Positions 49,455 to 58,721 of a DNA stretch of 64,000 nucleotides are shown in pieces (position 1 is the stretch's first letter; the number at the start of each line of letters is the position of its first letter). Both the position numbers and the translations under genes were made by a program. Under the pieces are notes generated by a model. It was not told the DNA's origin. It ran no database searches and saw only the letters and a list, made by a program, of their open reading frames with translations. Location of the stretch: the IMG/VR virus record IMGVR_UViG_3300023175_000005, positions 124,001-188,000 of that record. One strand, 5' to 3'.

Positions 49455-50604
49455 TACATTTTGTATTTTACCGTGGATGCATCTTGCTACAAACGCAAGT
49501 GGTAATCTTCGTGTATGCTGTAACTCAACTCCTGGTAAGAATTTTGTAACGAAATCAGACGGCAAGCCTTACAAAGTTTATAAAGACGATTTACAAGAAG
49601 CATGGAATAGCGAAGTTTATACAAATATTAGAAAACAAATGCTAAACGGTGAACGACCTGATATGTGTCAGCGTTGTTTTAGAGAAGAAGATGCAGGTGT
49701 TAGAAGTGCAAGACAAGCATGGAATGATAAATGGCAGCAAGACAAAGAATATGAAGAATATGCACCTTTTGATATACAGTATGTAGATATACGATTAGGT
49801 AATTTATGTAACCTAAAGTGCCGTATGTGCAATCCTTATGCAAGTAATCAATGGGTAAAAGAATGGGCGTTGGTTGAGGATGCGTTAGAACCTAGTGAAT
49901 ATGAACGGTTAAGCAAAATGGACTGGCCTGAGAATGAAAAGACATGGGAAAATCTTTTTAGTATTGCAAACACTGTAGAAGAAATATATCTAACAGGTGG
50001 CGAGCCTACAATTATCAAAGAACAGCATAAGCTTTTAGATTATTATATTGATAATAGTACTGCACATAAAATTAAATTAAAATATAACACAAACTTAACA
50101 AATGTTCCGCAGCATTTAATAGACAAATGGAGTGAGTTTAAACAGATACAATTAAACTGTTCTATTGATGCAACAGACAATTTAGATAGATATATCAGAT
50201 ATCCAAGTAATTGGAAAAAAATTGTCGAAAACTTTGAAACAATACGACAATTGCCTAATGCAAATATAGAAATACATTGCACAGTACAAATGTATAATAT
50301 TTTAAGATTAGATAAACTTATAGATTGGGCAGAACCTTACGGACATAAAATTTATTTTAACATTTTAAATCATCCTGAATATTTAAACATAAGATGTTTA
50401 CCTAAAGAACTTAAAACACAAGCAAACATAATGCTTTGTAGATATAAACATTTAGAAAAGGTACAAGGTATAATTGATTACATGTATGCAGAAGACTGGA
50501 GCGATAAGTTGCCGCAGTTTTATGAATACACAGCACAGTTAGATAAAAGTAGAAATGAAAATTTGTTTGACATTATCCCTGAATTGCGTTATAATAAACC
50601 ATGA
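49441..50604 (+). CDS. Radical SAM protein with N-terminal twitch domain
   Basis: FCILPWMH.....G..RVCC...C.RCF.EE; CNLKCRMC; TGGEP. Closest in-window relative is 40391. Confidence 0.88.
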   Translation: MNLDSTFCILPWMHLATNASGNLRVCCNSTPGKNFVTKSDGKPYKVYKDDLQEAWNSEVYTNIRKQMLNGERPDMCQRCFREEDAGVRSARQAWNDKWQQDKEYEEYAPFDIQYVDIRLGNLCNLKCRMCNPYASNQWVKEWALVEDALEPSEYERLSKMDWPENEKTWENLFSIANTVEEIYLTGGEPTIIKEQHKLLDYYIDNSTAHKIKLKYNTNLTNVPQHLIDKWSEFKQIQLNCSIDATDNLDRYIRYPSNWKKIVENFETIRQLPNANIEIHCTVQMYNILRLDKLIDWAEPYGHKIYFNILNHPEYLNIRCLPKELKTQANIMLCRYKHLEKVQGIIDYMYAEDWSDKLPQFYEYTAQLDKSRNENLFDIIPELRYNKP

Positions 50605-51779
50605 CTGAAGATTTAAAGTGGAGCGAATACGATTTTACGAAAATTCCGTTCGATGATATCGTTAGCGTCGGCCAACGCACTATGCTATATAGAGATTTGT
50701 TTACTGTCTCTTGGCTTCTTGGTAGATTTTGTAATTATCGTTGCAGTTATTGTTGGCCATACGCTCGTAGCGACAAAAAAGATCATAGACCTACAGAACT
50801 ATGTTTAAAAACAATTGATGAAATAAAGAGGCAAGCCCGTGAGAATGGATTTAATTCTTATCATTTTAGTCTTAGTGGTGGGGAGCCTACTTTCCATCCT
50901 GGCTACTTGGACATTTTACAGCATTTGGCAGATGATGTAGATAATACAAATTATACAAGTGTACACATGACGTCAAACTGTTCACGTCCTATGCGTTGGT
51001 TTGAACAGTATGTAGAATGTGTAAAGCCATTTCATAGAGCAAGTATTACAGCAAGTTTACACACAGAACATTTAAATTCTACTGAAAAGTTACAAGACTT
51101 TGCAGACAAACTTATACTGTGTCAAGAGCATGATGTACAAGTTACAATTAATATGGTTATGGTGCCAGACTGGTTTGAAAGAGATTGGGAAAACGCTTTG
51201 TTCTTTCATGAGCAAGGTATCAACGTCACCCTTAAACCGCAGTCCGACCCTACGGCGTCGAGAGTTGTTGAAGGCTACACAGACGAAATGCTCAAGCGAT
51301 TATGGAACGGAATGCCACAAAGAGCATATACAGAAGAAAAGCGTAAATGGGCAGAACGTCCAAAGCCAAATTTTAGAGTAGATAAAGACGATAAATATTT
51401 ACATCAGCAAAAGAGTGTTCCTTGGCACATGCAAGTAGAGTTTAAAGACTCTAAAGGAAAAACTTGGTATATGGATCAAGCAGAACGCTTTAATGCTTTT
51501 AACTTTAATAAATTCTGCGGATGGGAATGTAGTTCAGGTTTTAGAAGCATTATTATCCGCGAACCAGACGGTTCTATAAAACGATCATATTCTTGTCATG
51601 ATGCTCCGCTTGGCAATATCGAAACAGGGTTTAAACTGTTTGATAAGCCAATGCCTTGTACAACACAAAGTTGTGTAAGTTCAGCAGATAGTAAAATACC
51701 AAAGCGTAGAGCAGGAGAAAAAATCCCGTTATATCCGGGAGACAAGACATATGAAGAAAGTTTATTTCACTCAAATTAA
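50601..51779 (+). CDS. Radical SAM protein with C-terminal twitch domain
   Basis: CNYRCSYC, SGGEPT and ASLH.E. C-terminal W.C.SG...I.....G...R..C....LGNI......C....C. Confidence 0.85.
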   Translation: MTEDLKWSEYDFTKIPFDDIVSVGQRTMLYRDLFTVSWLLGRFCNYRCSYCWPYARSDKKDHRPTELCLKTIDEIKRQARENGFNSYHFSLSGGEPTFHPGYLDILQHLADDVDNTNYTSVHMTSNCSRPMRWFEQYVECVKPFHRASITASLHTEHLNSTEKLQDFADKLILCQEHDVQVTINMVMVPDWFERDWENALFFHEQGINVTLKPQSDPTASRVVEGYTDEMLKRLWNGMPQRAYTEEKRKWAERPKPNFRVDKDDKYLHQQKSVPWHMQVEFKDSKGKTWYMDQAERFNAFNFNKFCGWECSSGFRSIIIREPDGSIKRSYSCHDAPLGNIETGFKLFDKPMPCTTQSCVSSADSKIPKRRAGEKIPLYPGDKTYEESLFHSN

Positions 51780-53604
51780 CAATGTTATTGCTGAAGCAAC
51801 TTTTCTGCCTCTCAGTGTTGCCTATGTTTGGGAATACTGTAGAGCCAATGTTGAAGGTTGGGAATTAGGCGACATTATATTTGAACGTGATACTGTAGAA
51901 AATTATATGGAGAATATAAAAGATCCTGATGTATTTGCAATAAGCACATATGTTTGGAATTGGAATATTAGCCAAGAACTTGCACGAGCAGTAAAAAGCA
52001 AATATCCTAATTGTTTGGTTGTAATGGGAGGTCCACAAGTACCATACGATCAAACTTGGCTTTCAAAAAACAAAGATATCTGTGATGTTATTGTTACTTA
52101 TGCAGGAGAAAGAACTTTTGCAGAAATATTAAATGGTAACTTAGATGCACCTGGTGTTATGACCGTAGAAAGTTATACACCTCCTAAGCCAGATAAAGAT
52201 GTTACTGATATTCCTAGTCCTTATCTAAGCGGGCTAATGGACAGCCTTATGAAGCCTGACAGACAATATAGTGCAATTATTGAAACCAACAGAGGTTGTC
52301 CATATGCTTGTACATTTTGTGATCAAGAAGCATTATATTATAATAAGATTGCAAAATTTGAATACGCTAGAGTTATAAGAGAAATAGATTGGGTGGTTGA
52401 TCATAACATTGACTTTTTGTATTTTGCAGATAGTAATGTAGGCATATTTGACAGAGATGTTGATTTTATAAAATACATTGCACATTGTCGAAAAGCGACA
52501 GGATTTCCTAGACAGATAGATTACAGCACTGCAAAACAACAACCTAAACGCATTGTAGAATTAGGACGTATATTAAATCAAGAAGCAAATATAAAACGTG
52601 GTGTAACAATTGCATTACAAAGTATGAATCCTGATACTCTCAAAGCTATTAAGCGTATCAACATTGCTAATACTAAATTAGAGGAAATGGTAGGAGAATA
52701 CAATGCAGCAGGTGTTGATAATTATTGCGAACTCATAGTTGGCTTGCCAGAAGAAACACTAGACAGTTGGATACAAGGTATAGGAAAAATACTCGAACTA
52801 GGTAGTGATCATGCTTTAACTGTACACCCCCTAAGTATTGTTCCTAACACACCTTTTGCAAAAGAGGAGTATAAAGAAAAATACGGGTTAAAATATGTGC
52901 CAACACCTGCACCTGCAGGTGGCAATACATATCCCGACGCAAGTGAAGGAGAAATTGATTTTGTTTGCCACCAAAGCAATAGTTTTACAACACAAGATTA
53001 TATAGATATGTATTTCTTTGCAAAAGGCATTGTTATTCCGCATCATTATCACGGAGTATCACAAGTAGTTGCAACATATTTGCAAAGAGAACATGACATA
53101 CCATTAATTGAATTTTACAAATTATTATTTGATTGGAGTAAAAATAGTGGTACTGTGTTTAATAAAGAATATGAAAATCATACAAATAGTTTAAAGGATA
53201 GTTTGTTTAATATGAAAACATGGGGCAGACCTATTGAGGGAGGTGACAATTTCCACTTCCAAGATAATGGTGCTACTGCTGCAACATTATATAAAAATAT
53301 AGATGATTTTTATAAACAAATTAAAATGCTTTGTTTAGCAAAATACAATGTTGATGTTGAAGAAGCACTAAAATTTAACAAACACATTTTAGATTTATAT
53401 GGTAAAAAAAGGAATGTAGAAACATTTACAAAAAATTGGCACAGTTGGTTTTTTGATGGCGAGCCATTAAAAGATGTAAACACAAGTGTTTCGGTTAAGC
53501 CAAATGTATATCATAGTATAACTGATCATGCAAGACATTTATTTTGGTATGGACGTAAAAGTAAAAGATGTTTTTTAAAATCTACGGAGGAAATTAATGA
53601 TTAG
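51751..53604 (+). CDS. Cobalamin-dependent radical SAM protein
   Basis: LPLSVA..W.Y, STYVWN, GGPQ, ETNRGCPYACTFC, DSN.G and LIVGLP.ET. Paralogue of 21650. Confidence 0.85.
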   Translation: MKKVYFTQINNVIAEATFLPLSVAYVWEYCRANVEGWELGDIIFERDTVENYMENIKDPDVFAISTYVWNWNISQELARAVKSKYPNCLVVMGGPQVPYDQTWLSKNKDICDVIVTYAGERTFAEILNGNLDAPGVMTVESYTPPKPDKDVTDIPSPYLSGLMDSLMKPDRQYSAIIETNRGCPYACTFCDQEALYYNKIAKFEYARVIREIDWVVDHNIDFLYFADSNVGIFDRDVDFIKYIAHCRKATGFPRQIDYSTAKQQPKRIVELGRILNQEANIKRGVTIALQSMNPDTLKAIKRINIANTKLEEMVGEYNAAGVDNYCELIVGLPEETLDSWIQGIGKILELGSDHALTVHPLSIVPNTPFAKEEYKEKYGLKYVPTPAPAGGNTYPDASEGEIDFVCHQSNSFTTQDYIDMYFFAKGIVIPHHYHGVSQVVATYLQREHDIPLIEFYKLLFDWSKNSGTVFNKEYENHTNSLKDSLFNMKTWGRPIEGGDNFHFQDNGATAATLYKNIDDFYKQIKMLCLAKYNVDVEEALKFNKHILDLYGKKRNVETFTKNWHSWFFDGEPLKDVNTSVSVKPNVYHSITDHARHLFWYGRKSKRCFLKSTEEIND

Positions 53605-54184
53605 AGTAGGAGATAAAATACCTAACATAAAGACTATGCACAAAGTTGGTACAACAACACGGTGGATTGATACTTATGAATTATTTGAAAACAAGAAAAT
53701 ATTGCTGTTAGGTTTACCTGGATTGTTTTTAGTCGAATACGCTGCAAGTCAAGCAAGAACTTATGATTTTTATTATGATAGATTTAAAGAACTAGGTTTA
53801 GACGAAATTTGGTTTACAAGTATAGATGACACATATGTACAACGTGCATGGATTAAAAACGATGGTTTGCAAAATATACAAGCGTTGCCAGATCCTACAG
53901 GCAAATGGGCAGAAACCATAGGAATGGCAGAAGATATGAGCAGAGAAGGTTTAGGAGAAAAGCGTAGTCATAGATATGCGATGGTAATAGATAATTTGAT
54001 TATGAAACATATGAAGTACGAAGATTTTACACACAACCCTATGACCTGTTTTCAAGTAACAGATGCAGATACAATGATAAAGTATTTTGAAATTATACAA
54101 ACAAATTATGAAAGGTGGAACGATGACGCAAGAGACAAAGTCGATGTTCTCGGAAGAGACAAAGTCAACACCGTACTGTCGTGA
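53597..54184 (+). CDS. Peroxiredoxin-5/redoxin-like protein lacking the peroxidatic Cys
   Basis: I.VGDKIP, ELF..KK.LL.GLPG.F, G.DEI...S.DD.YV..AW, LPD..G and G.RS.RYAMVID are Prx5 motifs, but PGAFTPTC reads PGLFLVEY. Confidence 0.75.
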   Translation: MIRVGDKIPNIKTMHKVGTTTRWIDTYELFENKKILLLGLPGLFLVEYAASQARTYDFYYDRFKELGLDEIWFTSIDDTYVQRAWIKNDGLQNIQALPDPTGKWAETIGMAEDMSREGLGEKRSHRYAMVIDNLIMKHMKYEDFTHNPMTCFQVTDADTMIKYFEIIQTNYERWNDDARDKVDVLGRDKVNTVLS

Positions 54185-54764
54185 ACTTCCGACACTTTGG
54201 TACGATAGGGAATATTTGCTAGATCATTTAGAAAATATTGATAATGAAGATTGGTATCAATTTGATTGCGGCCATATTAGATGGACAGTGCATGAAGCGT
54301 TTAATCCAAGATTAGAATGTAAAAACTATAAATGGAGCGAGTTTCATTATGAACTTGCAATGTTGTTTAAGCCTGCTATTACACCTGACACAATGTTATA
54401 CACAAGCACACCTATAGGAGGCACACCACCGCATCAAGACAGAAACAGACCTGCTGTGCTTAACTTTGCTGTGCGTGGAAAGTTTGAAGATGTAAGTCCG
54501 CAAACATTTTATGAAGATTTTGATAGAAGTACTAAAAAATATGTAATGCCTTATAGTGTTAGCGAAAAAACTAATGAATTTGCTCCATGGATGTTCAAAG
54601 GTCCAGAAATACACGGAGTAGATAATGATGCTGATGAAGATAGAGTGATTATTACAAGTTGCTGGCGTCATAATAGTTATGCCGAAATAGAACAAGGAAT
54701 ATTAGACGGTAGCATCATTGACTGGGATCAAAATGAAAAGAATAAAAGGATAAAATTTTTATGA
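54123..54764 (+). CDS. Fe(II)-dependent oxygenase-like cupin protein
   Basis: PPHQD..R...LNF...IHGV.N.....R pattern. Confidence 0.55.
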   Translation: MTQETKSMFSEETKSTPYCRELPTLWYDREYLLDHLENIDNEDWYQFDCGHIRWTVHEAFNPRLECKNYKWSEFHYELAMLFKPAITPDTMLYTSTPIGGTPPHQDRNRPAVLNFAVRGKFEDVSPQTFYEDFDRSTKKYVMPYSVSEKTNEFAPWMFKGPEIHGVDNDADEDRVIITSCWRHNSYAEIEQGILDGSIIDWDQNEKNKRIKFL

Positions 54765-55300
54765 ATTGGTATCACAGAAAACTTAAATTACAATACGATC
54801 CTAAGATTTTTAATGATATAGTAGAGTATGCTAAATCAAAAGATTGGAAACAAGGCTATGATCAAAACGGACTACAGTGGAACGTAGAAGAACTTCCGCT
54901 TGACGTTAAAGACTTTCCTATACTTGAAGAAATTTACGAAGGGTTTAACGCAGAATTTAAACGTCCGAGTTTCTTCCTAAGCAGTGTAAAGCCAGGCGGC
55001 CTAGTAAATCATATAGATCATCGCAAGTGGGGAAATTTTGGCATACCTCTTGTAGGAGACTTTAGCAAGACTCCTCAGTATTACTATGATCAATTTAATC
55101 ATCCTGTAGAAAAATTTGTAATGGATGCACCTACAATATTTTATACAAGGATGTTACATGCAGTGCCACGCAAACTTGATGATACGGAACCACGTTGGAT
55201 TCTAATGATGGATTTGTTTGATTGGATTGATAATTTGTTTAACAAAATAGATGACAACACAATATGGAAAAATACAGAACATTTTAAATATAATGGATAA
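54761..55300 (+). CDS. Fe(II)-dependent oxygenase-like cupin protein (Asp/Asn beta-hydroxylase-like)
   Basis: PGG...HID......IPL...T...HAV......R pattern. Confidence 0.55.
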   Translation: MNWYHRKLKLQYDPKIFNDIVEYAKSKDWKQGYDQNGLQWNVEELPLDVKDFPILEEIYEGFNAEFKRPSFFLSSVKPGGLVNHIDHRKWGNFGIPLVGDFSKTPQYYYDQFNHPVEKFVMDAPTIFYTRMLHAVPRKLDDTEPRWILMMDLFDWIDNLFNKIDDNTIWKNTEHFKYNG

Positions 55301-56957
55301 TCTATATTTTATACAAATCCCACTAACAAGAAGTATGGCGTGTTTACCTCAAGCAGTAGGCACTATCTGGGGATATTGTGAACAGTTTAAAGAAGTTACT
55401 GATAGATATCAATTAGCAGGTGTTTTGTGGAAAGATAATATCGATATACAAAATCCTAAAGTTGTTGCTGCAAGTTGTTATATGTGGAATTGGAAGGAAA
55501 CATATGATATTATAAAAAAAATTAAAAAAGAATATCCTGATTGTATAATAGTAGTGGGCGGCCCAGATCCAAAATACACAAGTGAATGGTGTAAAGATCA
55601 TCCAGAAATAGATGCAGTAATTGCGTACTATGGCGAAGAAACAATGCGTAAAATTCTTGTTAGTGATACTTTAGACTTGCCTGGTGTAGTAACAAAAGAG
55701 TTTAACAATGCATTAGAAGCAGAATATGCTGATCCAAAAGATATACCAAGTCCTTATCTTAACGGGTTTTTTGATACATTGTTAAAAGGAAATAAACAAA
55801 AAATAAGAGTAGTTTTTGAAGGAAATCGAGGTTGTCCATATAGTTGTAGTTTTTGCGACATAGGGCATAAAAAGTACCAAAAAATACAAATGTTCGATAC
55901 TGAAAGATGCTTGGCAGAATTAGAATGGATATGTAATAATAATGTTAGAGTAATTGATGTAGCAGATAGTAATTTTGGTATATTTCCAAGAGATGAACAA
56001 TTAGTAGATTATATTGTAGAGCAAAAAGAGAAAGGTAATTTTGACGGTACTTTTATGCCTACGTGGGCGAAAACACATGGAGAAAAAATTATTAAACTTG
56101 CTAAAAAATTACAACAAAGTGGTGTTGACGAGGTATTTGGATTTAGTTTACAAAGCACAAATCCAAAAACACTAAAAAATGTTAAAAGAAAAAATACATA
56201 CGATATAAAGGGCTTTGCTCCAATTATTAAAGATTTGTCTGATGCAAACTTAAGCTCTTATACAGAACTAATTTTTCCTATGCCAGGAGATACTATAGAT
56301 AATTTTAAAAGCGGGCTACACGAGATATTAGATATGCCTGCCCCTTTTCAGATGCTACAAGTGAATAGTTTAAGTAGGTTAAGTAATACAGAGTTCAATA
56401 CAGGATTTAAAAAACTTACCTGGGCAAACATAAAAGGCACAGCAAAACCATATGATAATGATGTTGTAGATGAAATATGCGTAGCAACAGATACACTTAC
56501 AAAAGGAGAGGTGTTTGAAGGACTGTTTTACAGTAGGTCTTTTGTAATTCCTATGTATTGGTATGGACTAGCAACATACATGCTTGATGAGAATTATAAA
56601 ATGCATAGCACTAGGAGTAAACTTATTAAAAACATTTATACTAAACTTTTTGAGATAAGTAAATTTCAAAAACTTAAACAAGAAATGAAAGATCATTATT
56701 TTAAAAGTATTGAAAAATACGATCATATAGGCTACCGTATTATTAATAGAGAACTATCAGACTATTATACTGATACAGCTTATAGCCATTTGTATTACAT
56801 TAAAAATAATATATTTGATGTGTTAGTAGATATATATCCTCAATATAGTGATATTATCAATAAAAATAAAAAAGATATGAAAAGCATAGATAATTTAGAA
56901 GATTGGCTACAAGACATACATGTTAGAAGGAGATTTACAACAGCATGGAAAAGTTGA
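55293..56957 (+). CDS. Cobalamin-dependent radical SAM protein
   Basis: LP.AVG..W.Y, SCYMWN, GGP, GE, EGNRGCPYSCSFC, DSNFG and ELI.PMPGDT. Third paralogue. Confidence 0.85.
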   Translation: MDNLYFIQIPLTRSMACLPQAVGTIWGYCEQFKEVTDRYQLAGVLWKDNIDIQNPKVVAASCYMWNWKETYDIIKKIKKEYPDCIIVVGGPDPKYTSEWCKDHPEIDAVIAYYGEETMRKILVSDTLDLPGVVTKEFNNALEAEYADPKDIPSPYLNGFFDTLLKGNKQKIRVVFEGNRGCPYSCSFCDIGHKKYQKIQMFDTERCLAELEWICNNNVRVIDVADSNFGIFPRDEQLVDYIVEQKEKGNFDGTFMPTWAKTHGEKIIKLAKKLQQSGVDEVFGFSLQSTNPKTLKNVKRKNTYDIKGFAPIIKDLSDANLSSYTELIFPMPGDTIDNFKSGLHEILDMPAPFQMLQVNSLSRLSNTEFNTGFKKLTWANIKGTAKPYDNDVVDEICVATDTLTKGEVFEGLFYSRSFVIPMYWYGLATYMLDENYKMHSTRSKLIKNIYTKLFEISKFQKLKQEMKDHYFKSIEKYDHIGYRIINRELSDYYTDTAYSHLYYIKNNIFDVLVDIYPQYSDIINKNKKDMKSIDNLEDWLQDIHVRRRFTTAWKS

Positions 56958-57703
56958 CCCTTAACAAAAAAATGTTTATTGATTTAGACGAAATTATACA
57001 AGTTGAAAAGTGTCCAGATATAACAGATATGATTGTGGATAGTGTGAATCATATCAGACACAACTGTAATATTAGAACTTTTGATCTCAAAGGAAATCAA
57101 ATTAAAGATGCTTGGTATGCAAAACAGATATTAGACTGTGACCTTAAAGATAATAAAAAAATATTACAAGCAGAACTAAAACATGGTGTTAGAAGTCCTT
57201 ACTATGTATTAGCATTAAGAGAAGGTGGTCATGATAGTTATGTCTACGATTCGATAAACACAGATGATAATGTGTGGAAGAAGATAAAGTGGAAAGAAGA
57301 TTTAAAAGACACTTTTGCCCCTCTAATAGAATATATAGAATCTTTACCTTTAGATAGAATAGGTCATTGTAGTTTTTTTATAAACAGACCAGACATTATT
57401 CCTTGGTATCATGTCGATAGTGGCACAGACGACGAACTAGAAACGTGGAAACCGAAACCACACAGAGAAGAGTTTATATGGATAAACTTTAGCTCGGACA
57501 AAACATTTTACGTCTTAGACGAAAAGGTACCTGTTCCAATAACATCTAGAAGTGCTTTTTTTAACACAAACAACTATCATGGATCGCACGAAAGCACACC
57601 GAGGTATTCTTTCAGTTTACGTATTGAATGCGTTTTTTCGGAAAAATTAAGACAACAAATGGGAATTGCTCATTTAGAAAGGTACTATTACGAAAATGTA
57701 TAA
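56945..57703 (+). CDS. Fe(II)-dependent oxygenase-like cupin protein
   Basis: YHVD...EFIW...FN...YHG.......S.R pattern. Confidence 0.5.
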   Translation: MEKLTLNKKMFIDLDEIIQVEKCPDITDMIVDSVNHIRHNCNIRTFDLKGNQIKDAWYAKQILDCDLKDNKKILQAELKHGVRSPYYVLALREGGHDSYVYDSINTDDNVWKKIKWKEDLKDTFAPLIEYIESLPLDRIGHCSFFINRPDIIPWYHVDSGTDDELETWKPKPHREEFIWINFSSDKTFYVLDEKVPVPITSRSAFFNTNNYHGSHESTPRYSFSLRIECVFSEKLRQQMGIAHLERYYYENV

Positions 57704-57720
57704 CAATAACGAGATATTTT

Positions 57721-58719
57721 ATGTCGACTAAATTATTTGATTCTTTTGTGCATGATTTTTTAGAATGGAGCAAAACAAGTGTTGAACCAAAAAATGCTTG
57801 TCCATTTGCAAAAACTTCACGTGTCAAAAATCAAATACAATTTTTAGATGGCAGTTCTAATTTTGATGTTATTAAAGATTGGGATTCTTCTAAAGAAATG
57901 GGTGTGGTGTATCTTGGACAAGATGTAGACAAAGAAATAATAATGGAAAAAATATATAAAGCAAGGGCTAACGATCCTAGTAAAGTTTTTTTCTACACTG
58001 CACCTATTAAAGGAGTAAAAGATAATAATCCCTTTCAGTGTATAATAATTCATAATAAAAAAGAATTTATGTTGAAACAGCGTATTTTATACGAAAAAGG
58101 AGACTATTATAAAAATTATCCAGGAGAAAAATTAGACAAATTTATAAGTGTCTATCCAATAACAAAAACAACAAAGCAAAAAATTGGAACTGCAAAGCAA
58201 GGTAAAGTATTCCAACATTATTTTAAAGGACAAGGTAGTGTTTTAGATATTGGAGGCGCAGCAGGTAATTTATTATACTATGTACCTATAGCACAATACA
58301 CATGTATAGATGTAAATGAAAAAGCAATCAAGTTAGGTAAAGAAATTTATCCTGAGCATAATTTTATACATTGGAATAGGTACAACAGATACTATAATAA
58401 AACAGGATATGCTCTTTTGGAGTTTCCAAAAGTCAGTCCACATGATTTTACATTTGTTAACAGTGTTTTTACCAGTTGTGATCACGACACTATAATGCAC
58501 ATAATGTCAAATATTCTTAAAATAACAAATAAAAAAGTTGTTTTTAGTGTATTTGATTATAACAACAAAGAATTAAAAAACAAGTTAGGAAATGCTGTAA
58601 ATTATCATGACGTATTTAAATTAAAAAATGTTTTAGAATTTGAATTTAAAATAGATTGTAAAGTTTATAATCCTTGTAGTATAGATAATAATTTTGCAGT
58701 GTTTAGTATAGAAAGGTAA
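57721..58719 (+). CDS. Fusion of a CPFA-motif domain and a class I SAM methyltransferase
   Basis: N-terminal ACPFAK..R...I homologous to 47906. C-terminal SVLDIGGAAGN, Y..IDV and SVFT. Confidence 0.65.
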   Translation: MSTKLFDSFVHDFLEWSKTSVEPKNACPFAKTSRVKNQIQFLDGSSNFDVIKDWDSSKEMGVVYLGQDVDKEIIMEKIYKARANDPSKVFFYTAPIKGVKDNNPFQCIIIHNKKEFMLKQRILYEKGDYYKNYPGEKLDKFISVYPITKTTKQKIGTAKQGKVFQHYFKGQGSVLDIGGAAGNLLYYVPIAQYTCIDVNEKAIKLGKEIYPEHNFIHWNRYNRYYNKTGYALLEFPKVSPHDFTFVNSVFTSCDHDTIMHIMSNILKITNKKVVFSVFDYNNKELKNKLGNAVNYHDVFKLKNVLEFEFKIDCKVYNPCSIDNNFAVFSIER

Positions 58720-58721
58720 AC

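Noticed and set aside
50601-51779. Viperin-like or QueE assignment for this radical SAM
   Set aside because: CNYRCSYC is similar, but the viperin N(Y/W)H motif before the cysteines is absent and a C-terminal twitch domain is present. No QueE-specific features were seen.
53700-53760. Selenocysteine at the peroxiredoxin active site
   Set aside because: No in-frame TGA; the codons read LPGLFLVEYAAS.
55285-55290. TAAATA before ATG 55293 as a late promoter
   Set aside because: It is too close to the start codon, and the hexamer is common in AT-rich DNA.
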